In this document: in pieces, positions 1 through 9,322 of the stretch | Layout of the letters: each line of letters starts with the position of its first letter | Position numbering within the stretch: position 1 is the stretch's first letter | Assembly (NCBI GenBank): GCA_035651755.1 | Contig: DASRFA010000057.1 | Coordinates: forward strand, 52,054 to 116,053 | Length of the DNA: 64,000 bases | Direction: 5' to 3' | DNA from: Candidatus Binatia bacterium | GTDB lineage: Bacteria; Desulfobacterota; Binatia; UBA12015 | The notes under the pieces: generated by a model | What the model was told of the DNA's origin: nothing | Seen by the model: the letters and a program-made list of their open reading frames with translations, nothing else | Database searches by the model: none | Made by a program: the position numbers and the translations under genes

Positions 1-285
1 CGTCGACGCGGCACGGCGGGTCGGCGTCCAGCTCGTCGTCGAAGGCGCCGACCTCGACACCGCGCATCGCATCCGCCCGCCGGCCTGACGTACCGCTTCG
101 ACGGCACGGTCGCGTCGTCGTGGCGGAGGCGTCGCCACACCGAAGCGCCGCCGCCACGATCGGCGCGACGGAACGCCTTGCCGGGGCGGCCGGCAACGCT
201 TGCCGCCTGCGCCGCGGTCGGGCCTCGGGACACCGCGCGCAGCGACGCGGACAGCTGGCACCGGAGCTGCATCGCAGCGCCGGCC

Positions 286-1110
286 ATGAGAATGCCCGCA
301 CCGCTCGCCCGCATCCGCCCCGGCGTGCCGGGCGTCGCGCTCGCGACGCTCGCCGTCGCGACCGCCGGCGCCTTCGCCGCCGGTCTGCTCGAGCCGATCT
401 CGCTCGCGATCAGCGTCGGCGGCGCGCTCGCCGTCGCGCGCGCGACCTTCTCGGGCGAGCGCATCCGCGCGACCTGGGCGCGCGTGTGGGAGGCGCTCGC
501 CGAGCCCGGAGCGGAGGCCGCCGACGAGGAGATCGAGTCGCTCATCGCGACCGTCAAGCAGCTCGCGCGCGTGCATCGCCTCGAGGGCGCGCCCGGCCTG
601 GAGCGAGCGCTCGCCGGGGAGCCGATCGCCGCGCTCGAGCGCGCCGGCCGCCACGCCCTCGACGCCGCCGATTCCGACGAGCTCGCCGCGCTGCTCGACG
701 GCGAGGCGAGGCGCGAGGCGAGCGACGGCGAGGCCGCGTGCCAGGTGCTCACCACGCTCGGAAAGCTCTTCCCGGCGTTCGGGCTCATCGGAACGCTCAT
801 CGGGCTCGCGCACATGCTGCCGCGACTCGGAAGCGGCGACGTCACGACGATCGGTCCCGGGCTCGGGGTCGCGGTGCTGACGACGCTCTACGGCGCGCTC
901 CTCGCGAACGCGGTCGTGCTGCCGCTCGCGACGAAGCTGCAGGCGTCGATCGCACGCCGGCTGCTCGTGAGGGGACTCGTCGCGACGGGCGTCGAGCTCG
1001 TCCACCGCCGCGCCTATCCGACGCAGGTCGAGCGCGCGATGCGCGCGTACGTCGGCACCGCCCCGCGCGAGCCGGGTCGCATCGTGCTGCTCCATGAGCG
1101 CGCGGCCTGA
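286..1110 (+). CDS. motA: Flagellar motor stator protein MotA (MotA/TolQ/ExbB proton-channel family), copy 1. The start is uncertain; the ORF opens at 178.
   Basis: The translation has MotA-like TM helices and the conserved C-terminal channel region (LFPAFGLIGTLIGL...YGALLANAVVLPLATKL). It is followed by an overlapping MotB gene, and GC3 is high. Confidence 0.7.
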   Translation: MRMPAPLARIRPGVPGVALATLAVATAGAFAAGLLEPISLAISVGGALAVARATFSGERIRATWARVWEALAEPGAEAADEEIESLIATVKQLARVHRLEGAPGLERALAGEPIAALERAGRHALDAADSDELAALLDGEARREASDGEAACQVLTTLGKLFPAFGLIGTLIGLAHMLPRLGSGDVTTIGPGLGVAVLTTLYGALLANAVVLPLATKLQASIARRLLVRGLVATGVELVHRRAYPTQVERAMRAYVGTAPREPGRIVLLHERAA

Positions 1111-2299
1111 GCGCCGCTTCGGGCCGTCGGCGCAGGCCTCCGGCGACGACGCCTCCTCCTTCGGCTGGCTCGTCACCTTCAGCGACATCGTCCTGCAGCT
1201 CTTCGCGTTCGTGATCGTGTCGGCGGCGGGCTCGGCGGCGGCTCTCCATCGCCTCACGCCGGCGGCGCCGCCGCGCGAGGCCGAGACGACGTTCGCGACG
1301 CGCGTGGCGTCGGGGACGGTGTTTCCCGCCGCGGGCGAGGCCCCGGCGCGCGACGCGGACGCGACGATGCCGACGGCGCCGGTGCCGCGCGACGACGCGA
1401 TCGCCGCCGCGCCGGCCGGGTCTGCGACGGCGGATGCTGCGGCGCACGACGGCATCGCGCGCGCCGCGGGCGCGGACGACGCACGGACGCACGCGCGGGC
1501 CGCCGCGCTCGGCTCGTACCTCGACGAGCTCGTGTCGGCGTCGGCTCCGCCGGGCGGCGCGCGCGTCCGCGTCGACGCGGGGGACGTCGTCGTCGTGCTC
1601 GACGCGCTCGCCGGCTTCGCACCCGGGCGCGCGGACATCGCGCCCACGATGCGGGGCGCGCTCGCGGGCGTCCGTGAGATCGTGACCGACATGCCGGAGC
1701 TCGAGGTGCAGGTGTCCGGCCACACCGACGACCGACCCATCCACACCGCGGCCTACGAGTCGAACCTCGAGCTCTCTCTGGCGCGCGCACGGGCGGTCGC
1801 GCGAGCGATCGGCGCGAACGACGCTCGTCTCGCCGGGCGCATCGTCGCGTCAGGGTTCGCCGAGCGCCGTCCCGCAGCCCCGAACGCCGACGCGCGCGGG
1901 CGCTCGCTCAACCGCCGCGTCGAGATCCGGCTCGTCGCGGCGCGCGCGCCGGCCGGCGATGTCGAGGGCGGCGACGCGATACGCCTCGGCGAAGGTGGGA
2001 AAGTTGAAGATGTTCTCGATGAACGCGTCGACCGGGAGGTGGGCGACGAGCGCCATCTGCGCGACGTGGATCAGCTCGGTCGCGCCCTCGCCCACGACGT
2101 GCGCGCCGAGCAGTCGCTCGCCGCGCGCGTCGGCGACGAGCTTCAGGAACCCGGACGTGGCGCCCGAGATCTGCCCGCGCGCGACCTCGTCGAAGCGCGC
2201 GCGGCCGACGAGCGCGCCGCCGTGCCGGCGCACGGCCTCGGACTGGTCGATGCCGACGCTCGCGATCTCCGGGATCGTGTAGATCCCGATCGGCGATAG
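1094..2299 (+). CDS. motB: Flagellar motor protein MotB (OmpA-like C-terminal domain), copy 1. The conserved domain ends near 1945, and the ORF runs stop-less to 2299.
   Basis: The N-terminal TM segment (WLVTFSDIVLQLFAFVIV) and the OmpA-like peptidoglycan-binding motif (SGHTDDRP...NRRVEIRLV) are present. Its start overlaps the end of motA, consistent with coupling. Confidence 0.65.
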   Translation: MSARPERRFGPSAQASGDDASSFGWLVTFSDIVLQLFAFVIVSAAGSAAALHRLTPAAPPREAETTFATRVASGTVFPAAGEAPARDADATMPTAPVPRDDAIAAAPAGSATADAAAHDGIARAAGADDARTHARAAALGSYLDELVSASAPPGGARVRVDAGDVVVVLDALAGFAPGRADIAPTMRGALAGVREIVTDMPELEVQVSGHTDDRPIHTAAYESNLELSLARARAVARAIGANDARLAGRIVASGFAERRPAAPNADARGRSLNRRVEIRLVAARAPAGDVEGGDAIRLGEGGKVEDVLDERVDREVGDERHLRDVDQLGRALAHDVRAEQSLAARVGDELQEPGRGARDLPARDLVEARAADERAAVPAHGLGLVDADARDLRDRVDPDRR

Positions 2300-3340
2300 C
2301 TCGGGCGGGTGTCCGGGCGGAATCCCGAACGCGTGACACACCGCCCGCCGGCCCTGCTCCATCGAGGTGGCGGCGAGCGCGGGCGGCCCGATGACGTCGC
2401 CGGCGGCGTAGATGTGCGGCTGGATCGTGCGGCAGCTCGCGTCGACCGGGATGACGCCGCGCTCGTTCAGCGCGAGGCCGGCCGCCGCGAGGTCGAGGCC
2501 CTCGACGTTCGCGACGCGGCCGAGCGCGACCAGGAGCTTGTCGCTCGCCAGGGTATCGCCGTCCGTCAGCTCCGCGTGGACGGTCCCGACGCCGTCGAAG
2601 CTCACGCGATGCGCGCGCCGCGAGCCCAGGTAGCGGCCGCCGCTCGCCTCGAAGTCGGCGAGGAAGCGCTCCGTCACCTCGCGATCGAGGAAGCGCAGCG
2701 GCCGGTCGCTCTCGTCGACCATCGTCACCGCGACGCCGAGCTTCGCGAGGACCGAAGCGTACTCCGACGCGATCACGCCGCCGCCGAGCACCGTGAGGGA
2801 GCGCGGCAGGTAGGTGAGCGAGAGGATGGAGTCGCTGTCGAGCACGTTCTCGTGGTCGATCGCGACGTGCGAGGGAGCGCGCGGGCGCGAGCCGGTCGCG
2901 ATCACGATCACGTCGGCGCGCAGCCGACGCTCGCTGCCGTCGCGCGCCCGCACGATGAGCTCGTGCGGCGACGCGAAGCGCGCCTTGCCGTGCAGGCGCA
3001 CGACCTCGTTCCGGTCGAGCTGGCGCTGCATGTAGAGGCTGTGGGCGTCGACCACGCGATCGAGCTGGCGCATCAGGCGGCCGATCTCGACGTCCTCGGG
3101 CGCGATCCCGTCGGTCGCGCCCGGCCAGAAGCGGCGGTCGACGCGGCGAACGGCCGCTTCGCGGAGCGCCTTGCTCGGGATCGTGCCGCGCCGGACGCAC
3201 GCGCCGCCGACGGCGGCGTCGCGCTCGACGACGGCCACGCGCCGTCCCGCTTTCGCGCCCTGGACGGCGGCCTTCTGGCCCGCCGGCCCGCTTCCGATCA
3301 CCGCGAGGTCGAAGTGCTCGCCGCCGCCGGCCGCGCTCAT
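1850..3340 (-). CDS. sthA: Soluble pyridine nucleotide transhydrogenase SthA / FAD-dependent pyridine nucleotide-disulfide oxidoreductase. The start is taken at the internal Met MSAAGGGEHFDLAVIGSGPAG, and the C-terminal tail is about 35 aa longer than usual.
   Basis: The Rossmann FAD motif DLAVIGSGPAGQKAAV, GTIPSKALREAA, and full-length similarity to SthA including the ...FNFPTFAEAYRVAAL terminus. Its ATG (3338-3340) overlaps the stop of the upstream HDOD gene. Confidence 0.8.
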   Translation of the reverse strand: MSAAGGGEHFDLAVIGSGPAGQKAAVQGAKAGRRVAVVERDAAVGGACVRRGTIPSKALREAAVRRVDRRFWPGATDGIAPEDVEIGRLMRQLDRVVDAHSLYMQRQLDRNEVVRLHGKARFASPHELIVRARDGSERRLRADVIVIATGSRPRAPSHVAIDHENVLDSDSILSLTYLPRSLTVLGGGVIASEYASVLAKLGVAVTMVDESDRPLRFLDREVTERFLADFEASGGRYLGSRRAHRVSFDGVGTVHAELTDGDTLASDKLLVALGRVANVEGLDLAAAGLALNERGVIPVDASCRTIQPHIYAAGDVIGPPALAATSMEQGRRAVCHAFGIPPGHPPELSPIGIYTIPEIASVGIDQSEAVRRHGGALVGRARFDEVARGQISGATSGFLKLVADARGERLLGAHVVGEGATELIHVAQMALVAHLPVDAFIENIFNFPTFAEAYRVAALDIAGRRARRDEPDLDAAVERAPARVGVRGCGTALGEP

Positions 3341-4245
3341 CCGGCGCACGCGTCGGCGAGGCCGCGCACGGCGTCCGCCTTTGCGACGAGGCCGGCGACG
3401 TCCTCGGGGTAGAGGTTCAGGTCCGCGAACACCGGATGATCGAGGAGGCCGTCCGCCTCGAGTCCGGGGCCGAGGAGGAACGTCGCGAGGCGAGCGGCGA
3501 GCGCGGTGATCATCGGCTCGGGCTCGTCGGTCCGCTGGTACGCGGCACAGGTCGCGATCGCCGCCACGACCGCCGCCGGGAGCTTCCACGACGTCGCGAG
3601 CAGGCGGCCCGCCGGCGCGTGCAGCTCGTCGACGAGCGCGCGCAGGTCGTCCGGCGGGAGCGCGACGCCCGCTTCTTTCGCGAGCTCGAGGCTCGCGCGG
3701 AGGACGACCGGCTTTCCGATCGTGTGGAGCAGTCCGCAGAGGAAAGCCGCCTCGACGGGCGCGCGCAGGAGGCGTGCGGCCTCGCGCGCGAATCCGCCCG
3801 AAGCCGCCGCGTGTGCCCAGATGGCGCGCAGATCGCCCGCGTGGCGCGCGTCGACCACGAGGCCCGAGCGCAGCGACGCGGCGAGCGCGAGCTCGCCCAC
3901 GGTCCGTACGCCGAGGTGCGTGACCGCCTGGCGAAGCGACACGATCGCGCTCCGCGGCGCGTACGCGGGCGCGTTCGCCACCCGGAGGAGATGGCTCGCG
4001 AGCGCCGGGTCGCGGTCGAGGAGCGCGACGAGCCGCCGCGCGTCCGCGTCGACGTCCTGCGTGGCGGCCAGCACCTCGGCTGCCGCCTCCGGCAGCTGCG
4101 GCAGGTCGACGTCGCCGCTCTGGAGCCGCTCCGCGAGGGTCGTGCGGATGCCGGTCGCGGCTTCCGAGCCGTCGGCGGGGCCGCTCGGGCGAACGACGGT
4201 GGCGGGCTCGCAGGCAGGCGCGAGCCCGGGCGCTTCTGCGGTCGG
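3337..4245 (-). CDS. HDOD-domain (HD-related output domain) signalling protein. A GTG start at 4245 is proposed and is uncertain.
   Basis: The C-terminal 300 aa of the long 3337..5550 ORF contain a typical HDOD region (LPQLPEAAAEVLAATQDVDADARRLVALLDRDPALASHLLRVANAPAY...LLHTIGKPVVL). The upstream part of that ORF is Arg-rich antisense to motB2. Confidence 0.55.
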   Translation of the reverse strand, partial: PTAEAPGLAPACEPATVVRPSGPADGSEAATGIRTTLAERLQSGDVDLPQLPEAAAEVLAATQDVDADARRLVALLDRDPALASHLLRVANAPAYAPRSAIVSLRQAVTHLGVRTVGELALAASLRSGLVVDARHAGDLRAIWAHAAASGGFAREAARLLRAPVEAAFLCGLLHTIGKPVVLRASLELAKEAGVALPPDDLRALVDELHAPAGRLLATSWKLPAAVVAAIATCAAYQRTDEPEPMITALAARLATFLLGPGLEADGLLDHPVFADLNLYPEDVAGLVAKADAVRGLADACAG

Positions 4246-4250
4246 CGTGC

Positions 4251-5192
4251 TCACCGGCGATTCGGCGCGTCGAGCAGAGCCGTCCGCTCGGGAACGACGT
4301 CCGGGGGCAGCGTGACGGGACCTTGGCCGCCGGCCTCGTCGTCGCCGTTCGGCCGCTGGCGCTCGGCGAGGATCGAGAGACGGCGATTCTCGGCGGCGAG
4401 CGGGTCGGAGGGGACGAACGGCCGGCTGTCGGCGTAGGCCACGACGCGATTCACCTGACCTGCCCGCAGGCCCTTCGTCTCGAGCACGCGGCGGGCGTTG
4501 TTCGCGCGCTCGAAGGAGAGCTCCCAGTTGCTCTTCGCGGAGCCTTGCGCGTACGGCCGGCTGTCGGTGTGGCCGCCCACCTGAACCGGGTTCGGGATCT
4601 TGCCGAGCACCTGAGCGATCTTCGCGAGCAGTCCGACGAGCGCGGGCTTCAGGTCCGCCGACGACAGGTCGAAGAGGAGGCTCTGGCTGTCGTTCTTGTC
4701 GAGCACCTGGATGGTGAGGCCGGCGGGCGTCACCTCGACGACGACGTGCTCGCTCAGCTCCGCGGGAAGCCCCTCCTCGGTCGCGGCGCGGTGGATCGCC
4801 TGCTCGACCGCGGCGGCCTGCTGCTCGAGCTTCTTCTGCTCCTCCTGCTTCTGCTGCTGCTCCTGCTCGCGGTCGTGCTTCGTCTTCACCTTGTTCGAGT
4901 GCATCACGACCACGTCCCGCTCGACGACCGCCGGATCGCGGCTGTGGGCGGGGCTCGTGTCCTGGCTGAGGACCGATCCGCCGGGAAGGACGCCGGGGTC
5001 GCGGAAGTACTGCGCGATCTGCGACCGGAGCTTCACGTCGGCCTGCGTGAGCAGCCACAGCACCATGAAGAGCGCCATCATCGCGGTCACGAAGTCGGCG
5101 TAGGCGACCTTCCACGCGCCGCCGTGGTGCGCCGCGTGCTTCTCCTTCTTCTTCTTGACGACGATACGCGTCGTGTCCTTGGGCTTCGCCAT
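4251..5192 (-). CDS. motB: Flagellar motor protein MotB, copy 2.
   Basis: MotB N-terminal TM helix (AYADFVTAMMALFMVLWLL), a coiled linker, and the OmpA-like C-terminus (GHTDSRPYAQGSAKSNWELSFERANNARRVL). The start ATG overlaps the motA2 stop (TGATG). Confidence 0.85.
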   Translation of the reverse strand: MAKPKDTTRIVVKKKKEKHAAHHGGAWKVAYADFVTAMMALFMVLWLLTQADVKLRSQIAQYFRDPGVLPGGSVLSQDTSPAHSRDPAVVERDVVVMHSNKVKTKHDREQEQQQKQEEQKKLEQQAAAVEQAIHRAATEEGLPAELSEHVVVEVTPAGLTIQVLDKNDSQSLLFDLSSADLKPALVGLLAKIAQVLGKIPNPVQVGGHTDSRPYAQGSAKSNWELSFERANNARRVLETKGLRAGQVNRVVAYADSRPFVPSDPLAAENRRLSILAERQRPNGDDEAGGQGPVTLPPDVVPERTALLDAPNRR

Positions 5193-6058
5193 CAGGCGCC
5201 CGTGGACTTGACCTCGCGGCACGCCGCGTCGGTCTCTTCGCTCGTCGGCCGCGTCGACGAGAAGATGGACTTCCGCGCGAACTCGACCGCGACGATCGGC
5301 GACGCGCCGCGCAGGTTCGCGAGGAGGCCGTCCTTGATGCAGCGCAGGTAGCGGGTGCGGACGTTCGCCTGCACCTCGACGGTCGTCGCGAGCGGCGAGA
5401 GCAGCCCGTACGACATGAGGATCCCGAGGAACGTGCCGACGAGCGCCGCCGCGACGTGGTGGCCGATCGCCTCCGGTCCCTGGTCGAGGTGGCCCATCGT
5501 GATGATGATGCCGAGCACCGCGGCGACGATGCCGAGGCCGGGGAGCGCATCGCTCGTCGTGCGGATGAGGGCGATCGGGACGTGCGCCTCCTCGTGGTGG
5601 GTCTCGAGCTCGTTGTCGAGGAGGACGTCGAGCTCCTCGGGCGACGCGGTGCCGTTCACGATCTGCTTGAGCGCGTCGCGGAAGAACTCGGTCGCCTCGT
5701 GGTTCGCGAGGAAGCCGGGGTACTTCGAGAAGATGCTGCTCTTCTCGAGGTCCATCACGTGCTCGTCGAGCGCGACCGCGCCGTTCTTCCGGATGAACGT
5801 GTAGACCTCGTACTGGAGCTTCAGCAGCTCGATGTAGTCGGCCTTGGCGGGCATCTTCCCCGAGAAGGCTTCGCGGAAGGACCCGAACACCTGGCCGCGG
5901 ATCGAGCCGGGTGCGGACACGATCAGCCCGCCGAGCGCGGCTCCCCCGATGACGACCAGCTCGCTCGGCTGGATCAGGATGTGGAAGCTGCCGCCCGCGA
6001 GCGCGAACCCCCCGAGAACCGAAGCGAAGACGACGACGAGACCGATGACGGTGAACAT
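5192..6058 (-). CDS. motA: Flagellar motor stator protein MotA, copy 2. The start is taken at MFTVIGLVV.
   Basis: Four TM helices and MotA signature regions (GLGIVAAVLGIIITMGHL...ALVGTFLGILMSYGL). Confidence 0.85.
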   Translation of the reverse strand: MFTVIGLVVVFASVLGGFALAGGSFHILIQPSELVVIGGAALGGLIVSAPGSIRGQVFGSFREAFSGKMPAKADYIELLKLQYEVYTFIRKNGAVALDEHVMDLEKSSIFSKYPGFLANHEATEFFRDALKQIVNGTASPEELDVLLDNELETHHEEAHVPIALIRTTSDALPGLGIVAAVLGIIITMGHLDQGPEAIGHHVAAALVGTFLGILMSYGLLSPLATTVEVQANVRTRYLRCIKDGLLANLRGASPIVAVEFARKSIFSSTRPTSEETDAACREVKSTGA

Positions 6059-6205
6059 ACTCCGGACGTTACTCGTGCCCGGGTCGACGAAAGTTGAGGC
6101 GGTCGGCAGAGCGATCGCCTCGGGCGCGCGCCATGGCGTGTGCGCGCGCGGACGCACGAGCGCGGCAGCCGGCGGCGCGGGTCGCCGTGCCGCGATGCTC
6201 GGACC

Positions 6206-6478
6206 TCAGATGCGGATCAGCGGCAGGAGGCGCGCGAGCGGTACGAACGACTCGTCGGCGGGAGCCGCGAGCGCGAGGGCCGGCGTCGGGACCTGCTCGA
6301 GGAGGCAAAGCGCCGCGTGACGGGCGCGCTCGGCGACGGCATCGGCAACGTCGCCGACGCGCGCGGATCCGATCGTTTCCACGGCGAGATCGAGATCGCT
6401 GGAGACCGCGATGTCGTCGGCCGTGCCGCTGGCGGCAACGAGGTGAATGGTCACGACCATGCGCCCCTCGTGGAGCAA
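6206..6478 (-). CDS. Hypothetical small protein (90 aa) upstream of motA2.
   Basis: A compact ORF with coding-like GC3 and no Arg-rich bias (MVVTIHLVAASGTADDIAVSSDLDLAVETIG...). No family was recognised. Confidence 0.35.
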   Translation of the reverse strand: MLHEGRMVVTIHLVAASGTADDIAVSSDLDLAVETIGSARVGDVADAVAERARHAALCLLEQVPTPALALAAPADESFVPLARLLPLIRI

Positions 6479-7100
6479 GGGCGATGCCGCCGCACGTGCG
6501 AATCCGCGCCGGTTTTTGCGTGACGCAGGCGGCCGCGGATCGTGCAGCGGTGAGGCGGTCGCCTACATCGTGCGCGCGTGCGCGGAAGGACAAGTCGGTG
6601 CGCGGGCGAGCCGGCGCGTGTGCGAGCCCGGCGACTCCTGTCGGAGGTGCCCCTCGATTGTCTCATGGATCGAGGAAGGGCACCTCCTCCAACGTCGCTG
6701 CCGTGCTCGCACACGCACCGGCCCGCCCGCTTCAACGTCGCCGTTCATCGGCGCGCGTCCGCCCGCGCGCCCGCTCCCGGCCGCCGCCGGCGGCCGTCCG
6801 CGGTCGCAGAACGGTCGCGATCACAATGTGCAGCCGAAGCGTCGCGCGGCGAGCCGCGCGCGCGGCCACGACCGCGAACGTACGGTCGAAGCGCGCGTCC
6901 GATCGGCACGCGGTGGCTGCGGCGGGAGCGGCGAGTGAGCGAGCACCGGCGGCGACGTCGGAGGAGGCGCCCTTCCTCATCCATGAGACAACAAAAGGGC
7001 GCCTCCGACAGGAGCGCCGGGCTCGCTCACGCGCCGCGCCCGCCGCGCTCGGACGTCGTCCAACGCGACGAGTGACGCGCGACGATCGACGAGCGCCCTC

Positions 7101-7556
7101 TCAGCGCGGCGCGATCACCGGCGCACCGCCACCCATGGGGCCCATCGGACCCGGCGGGCCCGGCATGCCGCCGCCCGGGAAGACGTACGGGTAGACGCTG
7201 ATCGGGTACTGGTTGTTCTGCGGCAGCGTCGGGTCGAAGCCGGGCTCGCGGCTCTTTCCCGTCGAGAGAACGACGCTCCCGTCGGGGAGGTTCCACGAGC
7301 CGATGTGGCGCGACGCATACTCCTGATCGACCATTTGCTGCGGCACGCCGCTCGGGTTCGCCGCCTCCTGGTCGATCATCTTCTGGATGGTCTCGTCGCT
7401 CACGCCCGCCTCGCGGAGCTTCAGGACCTCCTCGGTCGTGAGCCCGCGCGCTGCTTCGAGCGACAGCGCGACGATCGCTGCGGTCGCGATCGCCGCGAGC
7501 GCGATGCGCTCGACGATGACCTGCATCCGCCGCTTCGAATCGATCCCCTCTCCCAT
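7101..7556 (-). CDS. Hypothetical membrane-anchored protein with a Pro/Gly-rich C-terminus. A start at 7526 (MQVIV) is the alternative.
   Basis: One N-terminal TM helix (IALAAIATAAIVALSL) followed by the soluble region LTTEEVLKLREAGVSDETIQKMI and a PGPPGPMGPMGGG tail. The upstream 1.3 kb of the parent ORF is Arg-rich and non-coding-like. Confidence 0.45.
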   Translation of the reverse strand: MGEGIDSKRRMQVIVERIALAAIATAAIVALSLEAARGLTTEEVLKLREAGVSDETIQKMIDQEAANPSGVPQQMVDQEYASRHIGSWNLPDGSVVLSTGKSREPGFDPTLPQNNQYPISVYPYVFPGGGMPGPPGPMGPMGGGAPVIAPR

Positions 7557-7609
7557 GGCTCCTCCCCCGTCTCCCGCGTGCACCGGTCGCGATCGTCGCG
7601 CGCCCGGAG

Positions 7610-8398
7610 CTATGCCTCCTGCGTCCTGGGTCCGGCTTCGCCGCCGGCGTACGCGACGACGCGCTCGACGTAGCGGCGCGTGAGCGTCGGCAGGAACGGC
7701 TCGACGTCGTCGAAGCTCGCGGGGTCGAGCCCGCGCGCTTGCGCGAGCCGCTGCGCCGAGGCGACGCGGCCCTCGCCCGCGTTGAACGCCGCGACCGCGA
7801 AGCGCGCGCGCTCTTCGCCGTCCGGGACGGGCGTCGCGCGGAGGCCGCCGCCGAGCCGATCGCCGCGGCGGAAGACCTGATCGAGGTAGCGCAGGTATCC
7901 GACGCCGAGCGCGACGTCGTCGCTTCCCGCCGGCCGCTCGACCGCGCCGTTCCGGAAGTGCTGCCGCATCTGCGAAGCGGTCACGCGCGTGACCTGGAAC
8001 GTGCCGGTGCTGACGCCGTCGGAGCTGCGCGCGGTCGGCTCGAGGCTCGACTCCGCGATCGCGACCCCGAGCGCGAGCTCGGGCGCGACGCCAGCGCTCG
8101 CAGCGGAGCGGTGGATCGCCGAAGCGAGCGCGCGTCGCGCCGCGGTGCCGAGCCAGGGCGCCGCCGCGTCCGGGAAGGCGCGCGCGGTGCCGGATGCGGT
8201 GGTGGTCGCCGAACGGCTGCCCGCCGTGCCGCGGACGGATGCGAGCGCGGACGATGCGGTCGCGCGCGTCGCGGCCGCGGTCGCGCGCTCGTGCGCCAGG
8301 ATCTGGGCGAACGCCGTCGGCAGCGACGCGGTGGCAGCGCGGAAGCGCGCCCCGGCTTCGCGGCGAACGATCGTCGCGTTGAAGATCGGTGCGATCAT
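7610..8398 (-). CDS. Lytic transglycosylase (SLT domain) with an N-terminal signal-like region. The start is taken at MIAPIF.
   Basis: SLT catalytic motif region GVAPELALGVAIAESSLEP...GTFQVT...YLRYL...AAFNAGEGRV. Confidence 0.7.
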   Translation of the reverse strand: MIAPIFNATIVRREAGARFRAATASLPTAFAQILAHERATAAATRATASSALASVRGTAGSRSATTTASGTARAFPDAAAPWLGTAARRALASAIHRSAASAGVAPELALGVAIAESSLEPTARSSDGVSTGTFQVTRVTASQMRQHFRNGAVERPAGSDDVALGVGYLRYLDQVFRRGDRLGGGLRATPVPDGEERARFAVAAFNAGEGRVASAQRLAQARGLDPASFDDVEPFLPTLTRRYVERVVAYAGGEAGPRTQEA

Positions 8399-8542
8399 GG
8401 GCCTGGGCGACGGCTGGCAAGCCGGATGCCAGCGCGGCCGACGCAGCTCCGCCGCGCGTGCCCGACGCGCCCGCGACGAGCGGGCACGGACGGTGGGCAA
8501 TGCCTGCCGGGCGGTCGGCAAAGGCGTCCGGGTGGCGGAGCG

Positions 8543-9268
8543 ATGTGGCCGTCGTTGCGCGAGGATGCGGTGGCACCGCGGTTGCTGCTCGCGAGCGGCA
8601 TGGCGAACAACATCCACGCGCTGCTGCCGCTGAACGCACACCTGAGCCCGGTGCGATCGCCGTCGCAGGCGAAGATCGGCGACATCGACCGCCGCTTCCT
8701 CGACGAGCTGACGGGCGTGGCCGCCGCGCGCCACGCGCCGGCGACGACGGCGTCGACCGCGAGCGCGTCGGCGTCCGTGCAGGCGTCATCGGGACGGCGC
8801 GCGATCGGCGGTCGTCAAGCGTCGGGGTCGGAGGAGGCGCCGGTGGCCGCGCCCGGCTCGCCCGGCGCGCCGGCGGCAACCGACGGCGACGGCGCGGTCA
8901 CGAGCGTCGGCACTCTGAGCGAGGACCCGCACACCGCCGGCATGTACGTGCCGCCGGACTTCTACCACGGGAACTCGTACTCGCCGGTCTTCGATCGCCA
9001 GGACGAGAACGGGAACTGGGTGCCGACCCCGCGCTTCGAGGGTCAGCACATCTACAGCGAATGGCGCGCCGAGCTGCCGCCCGACTTCGACCCGAACGCG
9101 CGCGTCATCCACGATCCGCTGCTGGACAAGCAGGGCCCGCGCTGGTGGAAGCAGGACGAGAACGGCGACTGGGTCCGTCGTCCCGAGGGCCCGGGCGGCC
9201 TCGCGCTCGCCGACGACGGCACGACGATCAACACGCTGGATCCCGAGAAATTCCCCGGCATGAGCTGA
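8543..9268 (+). CDS. Hypothetical protein (241 aa).
   Basis: High GC3 coding signal. The conserved-looking C-terminal region is YHGNSYSPVFDRQDENGNWVPTPRFEGQHIYSEW...DKQGPRWWKQDENGDWVRRPEG. No family was recognised. Confidence 0.45.
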   Translation: MWPSLREDAVAPRLLLASGMANNIHALLPLNAHLSPVRSPSQAKIGDIDRRFLDELTGVAAARHAPATTASTASASASVQASSGRRAIGGRQASGSEEAPVAAPGSPGAPAATDGDGAVTSVGTLSEDPHTAGMYVPPDFYHGNSYSPVFDRQDENGNWVPTPRFEGQHIYSEWRAELPPDFDPNARVIHDPLLDKQGPRWWKQDENGDWVRRPEGPGGLALADDGTTINTLDPEKFPGMS

Positions 9269-9322
9269 GCGCAGCGCGACGCTCGCTTTGCCGGCGTGTC
9301 CGGCCGCTGATATCGCGGTGGG

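Noticed and set aside
3337-5550. The 737-aa ORF on the minus strand.
   Set aside because: Only the C-terminal 300 aa (the HDOD domain) look real. The N-terminal 430 aa are Arg/Ala/Pro-rich and lie antisense or overlapping to motB2 and motA2, a typical high-GC artefact.
6094-7194. A 366-aa plus-strand ORF and several overlapping Arg-rich ORFs between 6.1 and 7.1 kb.
   Set aside because: Extreme Arg/Ala/Pro composition, no recognisable domains, and mutually overlapping frames. The region was treated as GC-rich intergenic DNA.
7101-8879. The 592-aa minus-strand ORF.
   Set aside because: Only the last 150 aa (7101-7556) look like a protein. The upstream part is antisense to the lytic transglycosylase and the 8543..9268 gene region, and is Arg-rich.
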